DNA of 64,000 nucleotides, taken from positions 48,709-112,708 of the forward strand of contig JADLCT010000097.1 of assembly GCA_020847045.1 (NCBI GenBank). The letters run 5' to 3'. Each line of letters starts with the position of its first letter. The stretch's first letter is position 1. The DNA comes from Bryobacterales bacterium. Its GTDB lineage: Bacteria > Acidobacteriota > Terriglobia > Bryobacterales > Bryobacteraceae. The notes beneath the pieces are model-generated. The model was not told the DNA's origin. It ran no database searches and saw only the letters and a list, made by a program, of their open reading frames with translations. The position numbers were made by a program, and so were the translations under genes. Positions 1 to 9,134 of the stretch are shown one piece after another.

Positions 1-869
1 CGCTGATCGTGTATGGCGCCGAGCAGGCGGGCAACCCGCATCTGGCCAGGCTGGGGGTTGAATCCAGCGCCACCACTCTGCAACCCGGCGGCAACATGGA
101 GGGCAAGGAAGTCCGCTTCGGCATTGCCGCAACCTCTCTGTTCGCCGCCGTGACGACAGGGGCTAGCTGCGGCGCCGTGAACGCCATGCATGACAGCTTC
201 ACCGCGTTGGGAGGCTTGGTTCCACTCTTCAACATGCAGACGGGCGAGGTGATCTTCGGCGGCACGGGCGCCGGGCTCTACGGCATGCTGTTGTTCGCGA
301 TTCTAGCCGTCTTCCTGGCCGGGCTGATGGTTGGCCGGACACCTGAGTACCTCGGCAAGAAGATCGAAGGCAAGGAGGTCAAGATGGCCATGCTCGCCAT
401 GCTAGCCACGTCCGCTACGATCCTGCTGTTCACGGGCGCGAGCGCGGTCATCGAATTCACCAAGGACGCTTATTGGAATGGAAGCTTTGGCTCCGCAATA
501 AACAATCTCAATAACGGAGGCCCACACGGCTTTTCCGAAATTCTATATGCCTACACCAGCGCCACTGGCAACAACGGGAGCGCTTTCGCGGGGCTTAGTG
601 CCAACACACCCTGGTACAACCTGACCATCGGGCTGGCCATGATGTTCGGGCGTTTCCTTATCATCATCCCGATTCTGGCTGTGGCTGGTAGTCTGGCCGC
701 GAAGCAAAAGCTCGCCGCCACCTCGGGAACATTGCCCACACACGGGGTGTTGTTCGTGATGTTGCTGGCGGGAACGGTGGTGATTGTTGGCGCCCTGACC
801 TTCTTCCCGGCGCTTTCCCTGGGCCCGATTGCCGAGCATCTTCTGATTCTCCAAGGGAGACTCTTCTAA
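1..869 (+). CDS. kdpA: Potassium-transporting ATPase subunit KdpA, C-terminal part (5' end outside window)
   Basis: The reading frame is open to the window edge. It encodes a polytopic membrane protein with Gly-rich filter-like segments ([27 protein letters not shown]). Its stop is directly followed by kdpB and kdpC. Confidence 0.9.
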   Translation, partial: LIVYGAEQAGNPHLARLGVESSATTLQPGGNMEGKEVRFGIAATSLFAAVTTGASCGAVNAMHDSFTALGGLVPLFNMQTGEVIFGGTGAGLYGMLLFAILAVFLAGLMVGRTPEYLGKKIEGKEVKMAMLAMLATSATILLFTGASAVIEFTKDAYWNGSFGSAINNLNNGGPHGFSEILYAYTSATGNNGSAFAGLSANTPWYNLTIGLAMMFGRFLIIIPILAVAGSLAAKQKLAATSGTLPTHGVLFVMLLAGTVVIVGALTFFPALSLGPIAEHLLILQGRLF

Positions 870-870
870 C

Positions 871-2985
871 ATGACTTACTCTGCTTCCGATCCGAAACCG
901 CCGGTGGATCCCACCGAGCTATTGCCGAAGAAACTGGCTCACGCGCGGCCCCTGTTCGATACCGGTATCTTGCGCCGCGCAGTGCGGGACGCCTTCCTCA
1001 AACTCAACCCGGCCCGGCTGTGGAAGAACCCCGTCATCTTTGTCGTGGAAGCAGGCGCCGCGGTAACCACGATTCTCCTGATCCGTGATCTTGTGGCAGG
1101 CGCCGCGGACACGGGTTTCACCGCACAGATCGTGCTCTGGTTATGGTTCACCGTACTGTTCGCCAATTTCGCCGAGGCAATGGCGGAAGCTCGCGGCAAA
1201 GCGCAGGCCGACACGCTGCGGAAGACGAAATCGGATTCGGCCGCCAGACGCGTAACCGCGAAAGGAAAGATCGAGTCCGTGTCCGCTTCGCAACTCCGCG
1301 CCGGCGATCTGGTGATCTGCGAAGCGGGCGACACCATCCCTGGCGATGGCGAGGTGATCGAGGGAATCGCCACAGTGGACGAGTCCGTGATTACCGGCGA
1401 GAGCGCTCCGGTGATCCGCGAATCGGGCGGCGACCGTTCCGCGGTGACCGGAGGCACGCGCGTTCTGTCGGACAGGATCAAGATCAAGATCACCTCGAAC
1501 CCCGGTGAGACCTTCCTTGACCGCATGATCGCCCTGGTCGAAGGGGCTGAACGTCAAAAGACACCGAACGAGATTGCCTTGAATATCCTGATCGCCGGGC
1601 TGACATTGATCTTCCTGCTGGCGGTGGTGACGCTGCAACCTTTTTCGTCGTACAGCGTGGCGGCGGCGGGCGCGGGCGCTGTTCCGGGTGTCGCCGTGCT
1701 GGTGTCGCTTCTGGTCTGCCTGATTCCCACTACCATCGGCGGGCTTCTTTCGGCCATTGGAATCGCCGGCATGGACCGCGTGATGCAGCACAACGTCCTG
1801 GCCATGAGCGGCAAGGCGGTGGAGGCTGCGGGTGACGTGAATACCCTGCTGCTCGACAAGACCGGCACGATTACCATCGGCAACCGCCAGGCCTCCGAAT
1901 TCATTCCCGCCGCGGGGGTCACAGAAGCCGAACTGGCCGAAGCCGCGCAGCTTTCCAGCCTGGCCGATGAGACGCCCGAGGGGCGTTCGATTGTGGTTCT
2001 GGCAAAGGAAAAATACGGTCTGCGGGGCCGCGAGTTGTCCCACCATGAAGCCAGCTTTGTTCCCTTCTCCGCGCACACGCGAATGAGCGGTGTGGACATC
2101 AACGGCAGCCAACTCCGCAAGGGTGCGGCCGATTCCATCGTGCAGTTCGTGAAGGAGAGTGGAGGAACCATCCCCGAGGATCTGTTGGAAACGGCCGCAC
2201 GTATCGCGCGGCAAGGTGGAACCCCGCTCGCCGTCGCCGATGGCCGCCGGGCATTGGGTGTGATCCACCTGAAGGACGTTGTCAAGGGCGGAATGAAGGA
2301 GCGGCTGGCCCAACTGCGGCGGATGGGCATCGCCACGGTGATGATCACGGGCGACAACCCTCTTACGGCTGCGGCCATTGCCAACGAAGCGGGCGTGGAT
2401 AGTTTTCTGGCCCAGGCTTCGCCCGCTGACAAGCTGAACTACATCAAGAAGGAGCAAGCCGACGGACGCCTGGTGGCCATGACGGGAGATGGCACAAACG
2501 ACGCTCCCGCCCTGGCGCAGGCCGATGTGGGCCTGGCCATGAACACAGGCACAATGGCGGCGAAAGAGGCTGGCAACATGGTGGATCTGGATTCGAATCC
2601 CACCAAGCTGATTGAGGTCGTCGCCATCGGCAAGCAGCTCCTCATCACGCGCGGCGCGCTCACCACATTCTCGGTCGCCAACGACGTCGCGAAGTACTTC
2701 GCCATCATCCCCGCGTTGTTCATGGCCACTTACCCCGCTCTGGGCGCACTGAACATCATGGGCTTGCACAGCCCGCAAAGCGCGGTGCTCTCGGCGGTCA
2801 TCTTCAACGCGCTCATCATCATCGTCCTTGTACCGCTGGCGCTGCGCGGCGTGCAGTACCGCCCCGGAGACGCGGGGGCTCTGCTTCGCCGCAATCTCCT
2901 TGTCTATGGCCTAGGTGGCCTGCTCGCGCCATTTCCCGGCATCTGGGCGATCGATCAGATTGTGCACGCCATTGGATTGGCGTAA
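871..2985 (+). CDS. kdpB: Potassium-transporting P-type ATPase subunit KdpB
   Basis: 704 aa with P-type ATPase motifs: DKTGT ([13 protein letters not shown]), MITGDN and [16 protein letters not shown]. The start abuts the kdpA stop. Confidence 0.97.
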   Translation: MTYSASDPKPPVDPTELLPKKLAHARPLFDTGILRRAVRDAFLKLNPARLWKNPVIFVVEAGAAVTTILLIRDLVAGAADTGFTAQIVLWLWFTVLFANFAEAMAEARGKAQADTLRKTKSDSAARRVTAKGKIESVSASQLRAGDLVICEAGDTIPGDGEVIEGIATVDESVITGESAPVIRESGGDRSAVTGGTRVLSDRIKIKITSNPGETFLDRMIALVEGAERQKTPNEIALNILIAGLTLIFLLAVVTLQPFSSYSVAAAGAGAVPGVAVLVSLLVCLIPTTIGGLLSAIGIAGMDRVMQHNVLAMSGKAVEAAGDVNTLLLDKTGTITIGNRQASEFIPAAGVTEAELAEAAQLSSLADETPEGRSIVVLAKEKYGLRGRELSHHEASFVPFSAHTRMSGVDINGSQLRKGAADSIVQFVKESGGTIPEDLLETAARIARQGGTPLAVADGRRALGVIHLKDVVKGGMKERLAQLRRMGIATVMITGDNPLTAAAIANEAGVDSFLAQASPADKLNYIKKEQADGRLVAMTGDGTNDAPALAQADVGLAMNTGTMAAKEAGNMVDLDSNPTKLIEVVAIGKQLLITRGALTTFSVANDVAKYFAIIPALFMATYPALGALNIMGLHSPQSAVLSAVIFNALIIIVLVPLALRGVQYRPGDAGALLRRNLLVYGLGGLLAPFPGIWAIDQIVHAIGLA

Positions 2986-2997
2986 GGGGGCTCTCAT

Positions 2998-3564
2998 ATG
3001 TGGAAGCAAATGATTCCTGGGTTGCGAATGATGATTCTACTCACGGTCCTGACCGGGCTTGTGTATCCCAGCCTGGTAACCGCGATCTGCCAGGCCGTAT
3101 TCCCGAAGCAGGCCAACGGAAGTCTACTAATGCGCAACGGGAAGGTGGCCGGTTCCGCACTGTTGGGACAGACCTTCCAAAGCGCCCGTTACTTTCACTC
3201 GCGGCCTTCCGCGGCTGGCGCGGGCGGCTACGATGCCTCCAGTTCCAGCGGGTCCAACCTGGGGCCCGCCAGCCGTAAGCTTGCCGAACGCGTGCAGGCT
3301 GACAAACAGGCGGCCGGACTCACGAACGCCGTGCCGTCCGACATGCTGACCGCAAGCGGCAGCGGACTCGATCCGCATGTCAGTCCCGCCAACGCCAGGC
3401 TTCAGATTGCGCGGGTATCCTCGGCGCGTGGTGTGTCAGAAAGCGGCATGAGGAGGCTTGTCGATCAATTCACCCAGGGCCGCGAGTTTGGCCTCCTGGG
3501 AGAACCACGCGTCAATGTCCTGCTGTTGAACCTGGCGCTCGATGAGCAGTACCCGAACCAATAG
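2998..3564 (+). CDS. kdpC: Potassium-transporting ATPase subunit KdpC
   Basis: 188 aa with one N-terminal TM segment. KdpC-like blocks are present: QANGSL, GSALLGQ, YFHSRPSA, SGSNLGP, TASGSGLDPH, VNVLLLNLALD. Confidence 0.93.
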   Translation: MWKQMIPGLRMMILLTVLTGLVYPSLVTAICQAVFPKQANGSLLMRNGKVAGSALLGQTFQSARYFHSRPSAAGAGGYDASSSSGSNLGPASRKLAERVQADKQAAGLTNAVPSDMLTASGSGLDPHVSPANARLQIARVSSARGVSESGMRRLVDQFTQGREFGLLGEPRVNVLLLNLALDEQYPNQ

Positions 3565-3596
3565 CAGTCACGGATCACGCCACAAGAGCACTTATC

Positions 3597-4988
3597 ATGA
3601 AATTCACTTTCCTGGCCGCACTGGCGGTCTCCGCGCTCCTCCTGTCTTCCTCTGTAAGCGCACAGACGGGCGTGTCTCCTCTTTCGGAGCGCGAAAAGAT
3701 GTTACTCGAAAGAATCGCCGCGCTCGAAGAGAGATTGACTGCGATCGAGAGGCGCGCGGCGGAACCAGCGCCCTCCGCGCGTCCGGAGCCCGCCGCCGCT
3801 CCCTCCACGCCTCTAGCGGAGCCAGCTACAGCCGCGTCCGTAACGCCCGCAACAGGAGAACCAGCGGGCGCGTGGTGGAAAGACACGACGCTGAACTTTT
3901 ATTTCGATGGCTATTACGCCGCGAATTCGAACCGCCCCCTGGGACGAATCAACCTGCTGCGCGCCTATGATGCCACGGCGAACAACCTCAGCATCAATCA
4001 GACAGGAATGATCGTCGAGCGGCCGGTGGACGTGGCATCGGGCAGGCGCTGGGGTTACCGGTTGGACCTCATGTACGGACAAGCAACGGAAACTCTGCAA
4101 GGCGGCGCTCAGAACGAAAACCGTCCACAGGCGTACCGCAATCTGTTCCAGGCATATGGTACGTATGTGGCGCCTCTCGGCAAAGGCCTCACGGTGGATT
4201 TCGGCAAGTGGGCGAGCTCCATGGGCGCTGAGGGCAACTATACGAAGGACCAGATCAATTATTCTCGCAGTTACTACTTCAACTTCCTGCCCTTTTATCA
4301 CATGGGCTTCCGGAATACCTACACCGTCAATGACAAGATCAGCCTCGCCTACTGGCTGGTGAACGGCGCCAACCAAACCGAGGACTTCAACGGCTTCAAA
4401 TCACACATGGCGCAGGCCGTTGTCAAGCCCACAAACAAATTGACCTGGACTCTCCAGTACTATGTTGGCCGGGAGCAGCGCGACCTTGCACCCACACTGA
4501 ACCCGGGGTTGCCGCCGGCGCCAACGCAGCCAGGACTTTCGACCACCCGCATAACGCCCATTCCCCGTGGGCGTTTCCACGTGATCGACACGTACGCCTT
4601 TTGGAATCCGGTAAAGAGGCTTACTCTGGGTGGTGAATTTGACTATGTGGTCAATCGTGCTGAGCCGGACGCTGCCCCGCAGCGCATCGTGGGGGGCGCG
4701 GCCTACCTTCGCTACCAGGTGACGGCCAAGGTGTACTTTGGCCAGCGGTATGTTCGGTTGAACGACCGCGCCGGACTGTTCAGTGGTGTTACGCAGAATC
4801 TGAACGATCTTACTTCGACGGCCGGCTTCCGGCTTGCCGAAGGCTTCGAAACCAGGCTGGAGTACCGCCGCGATTTCTCCAACACCCCTTTCTTCTTTCG
4901 CAGCGAGCCAGGGCGGCTCGCAAAACACCAGAGCACATTCACGGTTGGCTTCCTGTGGTGGTTCGGCGGCAAGCAGGGTGGCTGGTAA
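3597..4988 (+). CDS. Outer-membrane beta-barrel (porin-like, DUF1597/OmpL-type) encoded inside the kdp operon
   Basis: Signal peptide MKFTFLAALAVSALLLSSSVSAQ, then a coiled-coil segment (EREKMLLERIAALEERLTAIERR). This is followed by about 380 aa of alternating aromatic/polar strands and an aromatic C-terminus (FLWWFGGKQGGW). Confidence 0.65.
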   Translation: MKFTFLAALAVSALLLSSSVSAQTGVSPLSEREKMLLERIAALEERLTAIERRAAEPAPSARPEPAAAPSTPLAEPATAASVTPATGEPAGAWWKDTTLNFYFDGYYAANSNRPLGRINLLRAYDATANNLSINQTGMIVERPVDVASGRRWGYRLDLMYGQATETLQGGAQNENRPQAYRNLFQAYGTYVAPLGKGLTVDFGKWASSMGAEGNYTKDQINYSRSYYFNFLPFYHMGFRNTYTVNDKISLAYWLVNGANQTEDFNGFKSHMAQAVVKPTNKLTWTLQYYVGREQRDLAPTLNPGLPPAPTQPGLSTTRITPIPRGRFHVIDTYAFWNPVKRLTLGGEFDYVVNRAEPDAAPQRIVGGAAYLRYQVTAKVYFGQRYVRLNDRAGLFSGVTQNLNDLTSTAGFRLAEGFETRLEYRRDFSNTPFFFRSEPGRLAKHQSTFTVGFLWWFGGKQGGW

Positions 4989-5002
4989 AAAGGAGCCAAC
5001 AC

Positions 5003-5302
5003 GTGTTCACGCGATTGTGGCGGGTGTGTCAAACCGTCAGCTTGGCGCTCCTGCTCGTGGCTTGTCAGACGGACAACGGACAGCAGGTTCTCCGCCATTT
5101 GGTGATCGCCGAATTGATGCAGAAGGAACACATTCCGGAAGCGCACATCCGAATCGAGGAGGTTCGCATCGAGAACAGACAGGCTATTGTACGCGTCACA
5201 ATTCGAGGGCAGGGCGGCCGGATGGGAAGCGTGCGAACCTATCAGTGCGAACTGGAACACGAAGCGGACCGCTGGGTGATCCGCGCCGTGCAAGAGAACT
5301 GA
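5003..5302 (+). CDS. Small lipoprotein, unknown function
   Basis: GTG start 8 nt after an AAAGGAG Shine-Dalgarno. Lipobox LALLLVAC. The ATG at 4955 given in the ORF track would overlap the porin gene, so I prefer the GTG. Confidence 0.5.
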   Translation: MFTRLWRVCQTVSLALLLVACQTDNGQQVLRHLVIAELMQKEHIPEAHIRIEEVRIENRQAIVRVTIRGQGGRMGSVRTYQCELEHEADRWVIRAVQEN

Positions 5303-5325
5303 CGCTTTGAGGCATCGGGCGGACC

Positions 5326-6396
5326 ATGACTGAATGGGAACGGCGCAAGCCCAGTCCGGAAGAACTGCTGCACCGTGTCGAGGCGGAAGCCTCGCATGAG
5401 CGGCGCGGACGATTGAAGATCTTTCTTGGCTACGCGCCGGGCGTGGGGAAGTCGTACCGGATGTTTGATGAAGGCCGGAGGCGGAAACAGCGTGGGCAGG
5501 ATGTGATCATCGCCGCGCTGCAACACTCGCAGGATGAGTCCGTGGCCGCCTTGGTCCGGAATTTTGAATTCGTTCCGCCGTTTCCGGGCGGAGCTGTGGA
5601 CGTTGCGGCTGTTCAACGGCGCAGACCCGGCGTATGTTTGATCGATGGCCTTGCGTGCCGCAACCCTCCGGGCGCCGTGCGCGAGCACCGATGGCAGGAC
5701 GTCGAGGAGTTGCTCTCGCGCGGAATCTCGGTGATCACGACGGTCAACCTCCAGTACATCGCCGAGAAGCAGGAGCGCGTTGAGCAGATACGCGGCAAAC
5801 ACGTGGACGACTCCGTTCCGGAGAGCTTCCTGCACCAGGCGGACGAGATTGAAGTAGTCGACGCGCCCGCATTGGATCCACAACTGTCCGAGTTGCGGGA
5901 GATCGCGTTGGTGCTGGCGGCCGAGGTAGTCGACACGCAACTGCTCGACTACCTGAAGAGGTATGGCATCGAGCAGTCTTATGGCGCGCATGAGCGCATC
6001 CTGGTTTGTGTCACGCCGCGCTCCCATGCGTCGTTGATGATCGGCCTGGGACGCCGCCAAGCGGACCGGTTTCATGGGGAGCTCTTCGTCGCCTACGTGG
6101 AGCAACCGGAGCTGTCGGGCGAAGACCGGGCCATGCTGGAGCGCAACCTGCAAGCGGCGCGCGAGGCGAATGCAACTCTCGCCATCCTGCACGGCGAGGA
6201 TGTAGTGGACGCCATTCTGCAATTCGCGAATCAACACAGCATTACCCAGATTTTCGCCGGGCACAGCCAGAGGACAGGCTTCTGGCAGCGCTTCCGGCCC
6301 AATCCGGTTGAGCGTCTCATTCTGGAATCGGGAAGCATCGACATCCGCGTGTTCCCCCAAGCCACGAGTGCCGGGAAGGAAGATTCGTTAGCCTGA
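5326..6396 (+). CDS. KdpD N-terminal sensor domain + USP domain protein, no histidine kinase domain (paralog 1)
   Basis: Walker-A-like LGYAPGVGKSYRM. KdpD-N blocks RWQDVEELL..GISVITTVNLQYI. USP-like C-terminal half (ERILVCVTP...HSITQIFAG). The Walker-B/DExxHTN block is degenerate (LIDGLACRN). Confidence 0.8.
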   Translation: MTEWERRKPSPEELLHRVEAEASHERRGRLKIFLGYAPGVGKSYRMFDEGRRRKQRGQDVIIAALQHSQDESVAALVRNFEFVPPFPGGAVDVAAVQRRRPGVCLIDGLACRNPPGAVREHRWQDVEELLSRGISVITTVNLQYIAEKQERVEQIRGKHVDDSVPESFLHQADEIEVVDAPALDPQLSELREIALVLAAEVVDTQLLDYLKRYGIEQSYGAHERILVCVTPRSHASLMIGLGRRQADRFHGELFVAYVEQPELSGEDRAMLERNLQAAREANATLAILHGEDVVDAILQFANQHSITQIFAGHSQRTGFWQRFRPNPVERLILESGSIDIRVFPQATSAGKEDSLA

Positions 6397-6400
6397 GTAT

Positions 6401-7519
6401 ATGGCCGGTACGGCGGGAAAACTCAAAGTGATCCTCGGCTATGCGGCCGGCGTGGGCAAGACGTTCCGGATGCTCGAAGAGGGCCAGGAGTTGAAGGCCA
6501 GCGGGCGCGACGTCGTTGTCGGATACTTCGAGCCGCACGGCCGAAAGGACACCATCGCCAAGACCGAGGGTCTCGAGATGATTCCGCGGCGCGTCATGGC
6601 ATACCGGGACCGGCCGTTCGAGGAGATGGACACGGAGGCGATCCTCGCCAGGCACCCGGAGATCTGTCTTGTCGACGAATTCCCTCACACGAATATTCCG
6701 GGCTCGCCGCGGACCAAACGCTGGGAGGATGTCCTGGCGCTGCTGGACGCGGGCATTGATGTCATTACGACGATGAACATCCAGCACCTGGAGAGCCTCA
6801 ACGATCATGTACGCGGCATCTCCGGAGTTCAGGTCAGAGAAACAGTCCCCGACTGGGTCTTGAAGCGCGCCGATGAGGTCGTCTTCGTGGATCTTACGCC
6901 GGGCGCGCTGCTGAACCGCCTCGACCGGGGAGTCATTTATGCGCCAGACAAGGCGAGGCACGCCAAGGAGAACTTCTTCAAAGAACCTACGCTGGCCGCG
7001 CTGCGTGAGATCGCGCTCCGCCAGGCCGCGCACGAAGTTGACCTGCGGAAACCGGACGAGCCGCCCGAACCTTTCTTGCGCCGACAAGTGTCGCCGCTTG
7101 CCGAGGCGGAACGGGAACGCATTCTGATTCACATCACCGATTCTCCCAGCACGGCAGGACTGATCCGCCGCGGCAGGCGCGTCGCGGATTATCTGCGCGC
7201 CGACTGTTTCGCCGTCTCGGTGGTGCGAGGCGCGGGGCTGGCGGGCCTGCCGGCGGAGCAGCGGGAGGCGTTGGAACGCCACCTGGACTTCGCGCGCAGG
7301 CTCCACATCGACACCCGCGTGCTGGATGCGGAGGACCCGGCGGAAGCACTCGCCGGATTCGCCCACACGAATGGGATCACGCAAATCTTCCTGGCCAAGC
7401 CGGTGCGGCCCACGTTCCGCCTCTTCGCCGCGAAACAGCAACTGGTGATGAAGGTGATTCGCGCAGCCCGCGACATTCAGGTTACGGTGGTGGCCGACCG
7501 GCAGGCGGCGCAGCGCTAG
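6401..7519 (+). CDS. KdpD N-terminal sensor domain + USP domain protein, no histidine kinase domain (paralog 2)
   Basis: LGYAAGVGKTFRM, canonical LVDEFPHTN, RWEDVLALLDAGIDVITTMNIQHLESLND, and a USP-like C-terminal half. It starts 4 nt after paralog 1. Confidence 0.85.
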   Translation: MAGTAGKLKVILGYAAGVGKTFRMLEEGQELKASGRDVVVGYFEPHGRKDTIAKTEGLEMIPRRVMAYRDRPFEEMDTEAILARHPEICLVDEFPHTNIPGSPRTKRWEDVLALLDAGIDVITTMNIQHLESLNDHVRGISGVQVRETVPDWVLKRADEVVFVDLTPGALLNRLDRGVIYAPDKARHAKENFFKEPTLAALREIALRQAAHEVDLRKPDEPPEPFLRRQVSPLAEAERERILIHITDSPSTAGLIRRGRRVADYLRADCFAVSVVRGAGLAGLPAEQREALERHLDFARRLHIDTRVLDAEDPAEALAGFAHTNGITQIFLAKPVRPTFRLFAAKQQLVMKVIRAARDIQVTVVADRQAAQR

Positions 7520-7626
7520 CGAGCCGCGGATCATACCCACGATCGAGGCGCGGCGGCACGCAATGCTTGCTGTTGCGGAGACAGGCGCATGGGGAGCGGG
7601 CGGCGTGGATGGATGCTGTTCGCTTA

Positions 7627-7655
7627 CTGACGTTGCCCGGCAGATGTTCTAAAAT
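7627..7655 (+). promoter_or_regulatory. Candidate sigma70-type promoter of tRNA-Pro
   Basis: CTGACG (7627-7632), a 17-nt spacer, then TAAAAT (7650-7655), 18 nt upstream of the tRNA 5' end. This is a sequence match only. Confidence 0.3.
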
Positions 7656-7673
7656 CAGATGAGCAGCAAATGT

Positions 7674-7750
7674 CGGGGCGTAGCGCAGCCTGGTAGCGCA
7701 CCTGCCTTGGGCGCAGGGGGTCGCCAGTTCAAATCTGGCCGCCCCGACCA
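7674..7750 (+). tRNA. tRNA-Pro (anticodon UGG), CCA encoded
   Basis: Hand-folded cloverleaf. Acceptor stem CGGGGCG/CGCCCCG (C1-G72). D-arm GCGC-AGCCTGGTA-GCGC. Anticodon arm CCTGC-CTTGGGC-GCAGG. Variable loop GGGTC. T-arm GCCAG-TTCAAAT-CTGGC, then ACCA. Confidence 0.95.
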
Positions 7751-7799
7751 ATAGAATCAAGCAGATACGTCCATTTCCGGTTCCCTCAAGAGTCCCGCT

Positions 7800-7819
7800 G
7801 TAGATGAATTTGTAGCTGC
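7800..7819 (+). repeat. Islet-internal direct repeat, left copy (GTAGATGAATTTGTAGCTGC)
   Basis: 18/20 identical to 9115-9134 in the same orientation. It is AT-rich in a GC-rich context and lies 49 nt inside the left tRNA boundary. Confidence 0.5.
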
Positions 7820-7953
7820 GACGATCCACAACTGGTGCCGCGCGGCGCACGGTGATGGCGCCCGAGCGAGTGTTTTCAACGGGTCGTCGGCAGGTCACCT
7901 GCACAAAAGGCAGGTGCGTGGCCCTTGCTGCCGCGCCAGGTTTTCAATCTAAG

Positions 7954-8633
7954 CTACAGCACGTCGCTCTTGCCTTCATTGCACGCGGAGCAAAGCGTCT
8001 GCAGGTTGTCGATTGTACTTTTTCCGCCCTTTGACCAGGGGAGGATATGATCAACCTCGAGCTGAACGCCGCGCTGAATTGCAGGGGACGCGCCGCAGAG
8101 CGGCAGGAAAACGAGTCTCGATTCAAAACCTTGAAGCGCAGTCTGAGGTCAATTGACCGAGACGTCCGACGGGCGGGGGCGTGAGATTGCTGAAGACCAT
8201 CAGGGGGCGCAACGTCCGAGGAATTGGCGTAGCGCACAAACGCCTCCAATGCTGCGCGCCATGAACCGAACCTGCGCTCATATGTCGCTACGTGAAACCG
8301 GCAATGGGGACTTCGCACTTCCGAGTAGTTGGGCTGGCGCCCCAAGGCAACCCACAAGTCATACAGGCCGGCAAAGAGGTCTTCATCAGGCACGTTCCGC
8401 ACAACACTCTTGGCGAGCCCGGCTGCTTCGATCGCCGCATTCCAAAAGCGGAATCGTCGTATGACAGTAGTCACCCCATATTTCCCGAAAAGTTTGTAAG
8501 TGCGCTGCTTTACAATCTGCTCTGACTGCTCCGCAGCGACCCGTTGAAGTTCGGACAGAAGGTCCAGGTCCGAGATATTTCGTCGATCATGTGAAAGTTC
8601 AAACTTCACGGTTCGCCTATTGAAACAACACAA
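7954..8633 (-). pseudogene. HNH endonuclease with two homing-endonuclease-associated repeats, disrupted by a -1 nt frameshift near 8097-8104
   Basis: The N-terminal part has two repeats ending in F/RFGSW..AL-like blocks (RRFRFWNAAIEAAGL; ERRFGSWRAALEAFV). After LNRDSFSCR the HNH core continues in another frame: LCGASPAIQRGVQLEVDHILPWSKGGKSTIDNLQTLCSACNEGKSDVL, with its stop at 7954-7956. Confidence 0.75.
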
Positions 8634-8636
8634 CAG

Positions 8637-8864
8637 CTACTTGTGCCATTTCGCCTCGTCTATTCCACTCCCCACAATGATCGCTTTCATCGTGCCCAGC
8701 GGCAGGATTCGCCCACGGTGGTACGGCACGATCACTTGCTTTGCGGTTGAATCGTTACGCCACTTCTGATGGCTGCCAGCGGAACCGGCGAGAGTGAACC
8801 CATGCCGACGGAGAATTGAGATCACCCGGTCCGCAGTCAGGCGCGGTGTTCCGCGGTCACCCAA
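8637..8864 (-). CDS. hicA: HicA-family toxin (mRNA interferase)
   Basis: 75 aa with the HicA pattern: ILRRHGFTLAGSAGSHQKWRN...VIVPYHRGRILPLGTMKAII. Apparent TTG start overlapping the hicB stop by 8 nt. Confidence 0.85.
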   Translation of the reverse strand: MGDRGTPRLTADRVISILRRHGFTLAGSAGSHQKWRNDSTAKQVIVPYHRGRILPLGTMKAIIVGSGIDEAKWHK

Positions 8865-9060
8865 CCGTTACCTCGACCAACTTCGCGGTTGGCGGCATCT
8901 CGATCTCAGCGGGCGAGAGGTATAGTCGAATTGCTTCCTCGATTCCCAGTCTCGCCTCATCTTCCGTCTCACCAGCCGAGGTGCACCCCGGCAACTCAGG
9001 GCAGACTGCGGAGAAGCTATCGGCCTCCGGATCGTACTCCAAGACCACTCGGAACGTCAT
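8857..9060 (-). CDS. hicB: HicB-family antitoxin (UPF0150-type, short form)
   Basis: MTFRVVLEYDPEADSFSAVCPELPGCTSAGETEDEARLGIEEAIRLYL is the HicB N-domain pattern. I chose the internal ATG at 9060 over the ORF-track start at 9153, which would add a non-conserved extension. Confidence 0.8.
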   Translation of the reverse strand: MTFRVVLEYDPEADSFSAVCPELPGCTSAGETEDEARLGIEEAIRLYLSPAEIEMPPTAKLVEVTVG

Positions 9061-9114
9061 GCTTGCAGTATACCCCCACGCCCTCCCGGTCGCTCTTGGA
9101 GGCTCTGAGCGACG

Positions 9115-9134
9115 GTAGATAATTTTGTAGCTGC
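9115..9134 (+). repeat. Islet-internal direct repeat, right copy (GTAGATAATTTTGTAGCTGC)
   Basis: 18/20 identical to 7800-7819. It lies 55-74 nt upstream of the hicB start on the coding (minus) strand. Confidence 0.5.

Noticed and set aside
1141-2778. 545-aa minus-strand ORF antisense to kdpB. Similar long shadow ORFs are at 21470-22807, 22808-24028, 28208-30100, 54377-55879, 55880-57067, 6317-7540, 9138-10358, 11962-13398 and 15654-16673.
   Set aside because: Their composition is Arg/Gly/His/Pro-rich and they have no recognisable motifs. Each lies fully inside a well-supported gene on the other strand. This is the expected artefact of high GC content.
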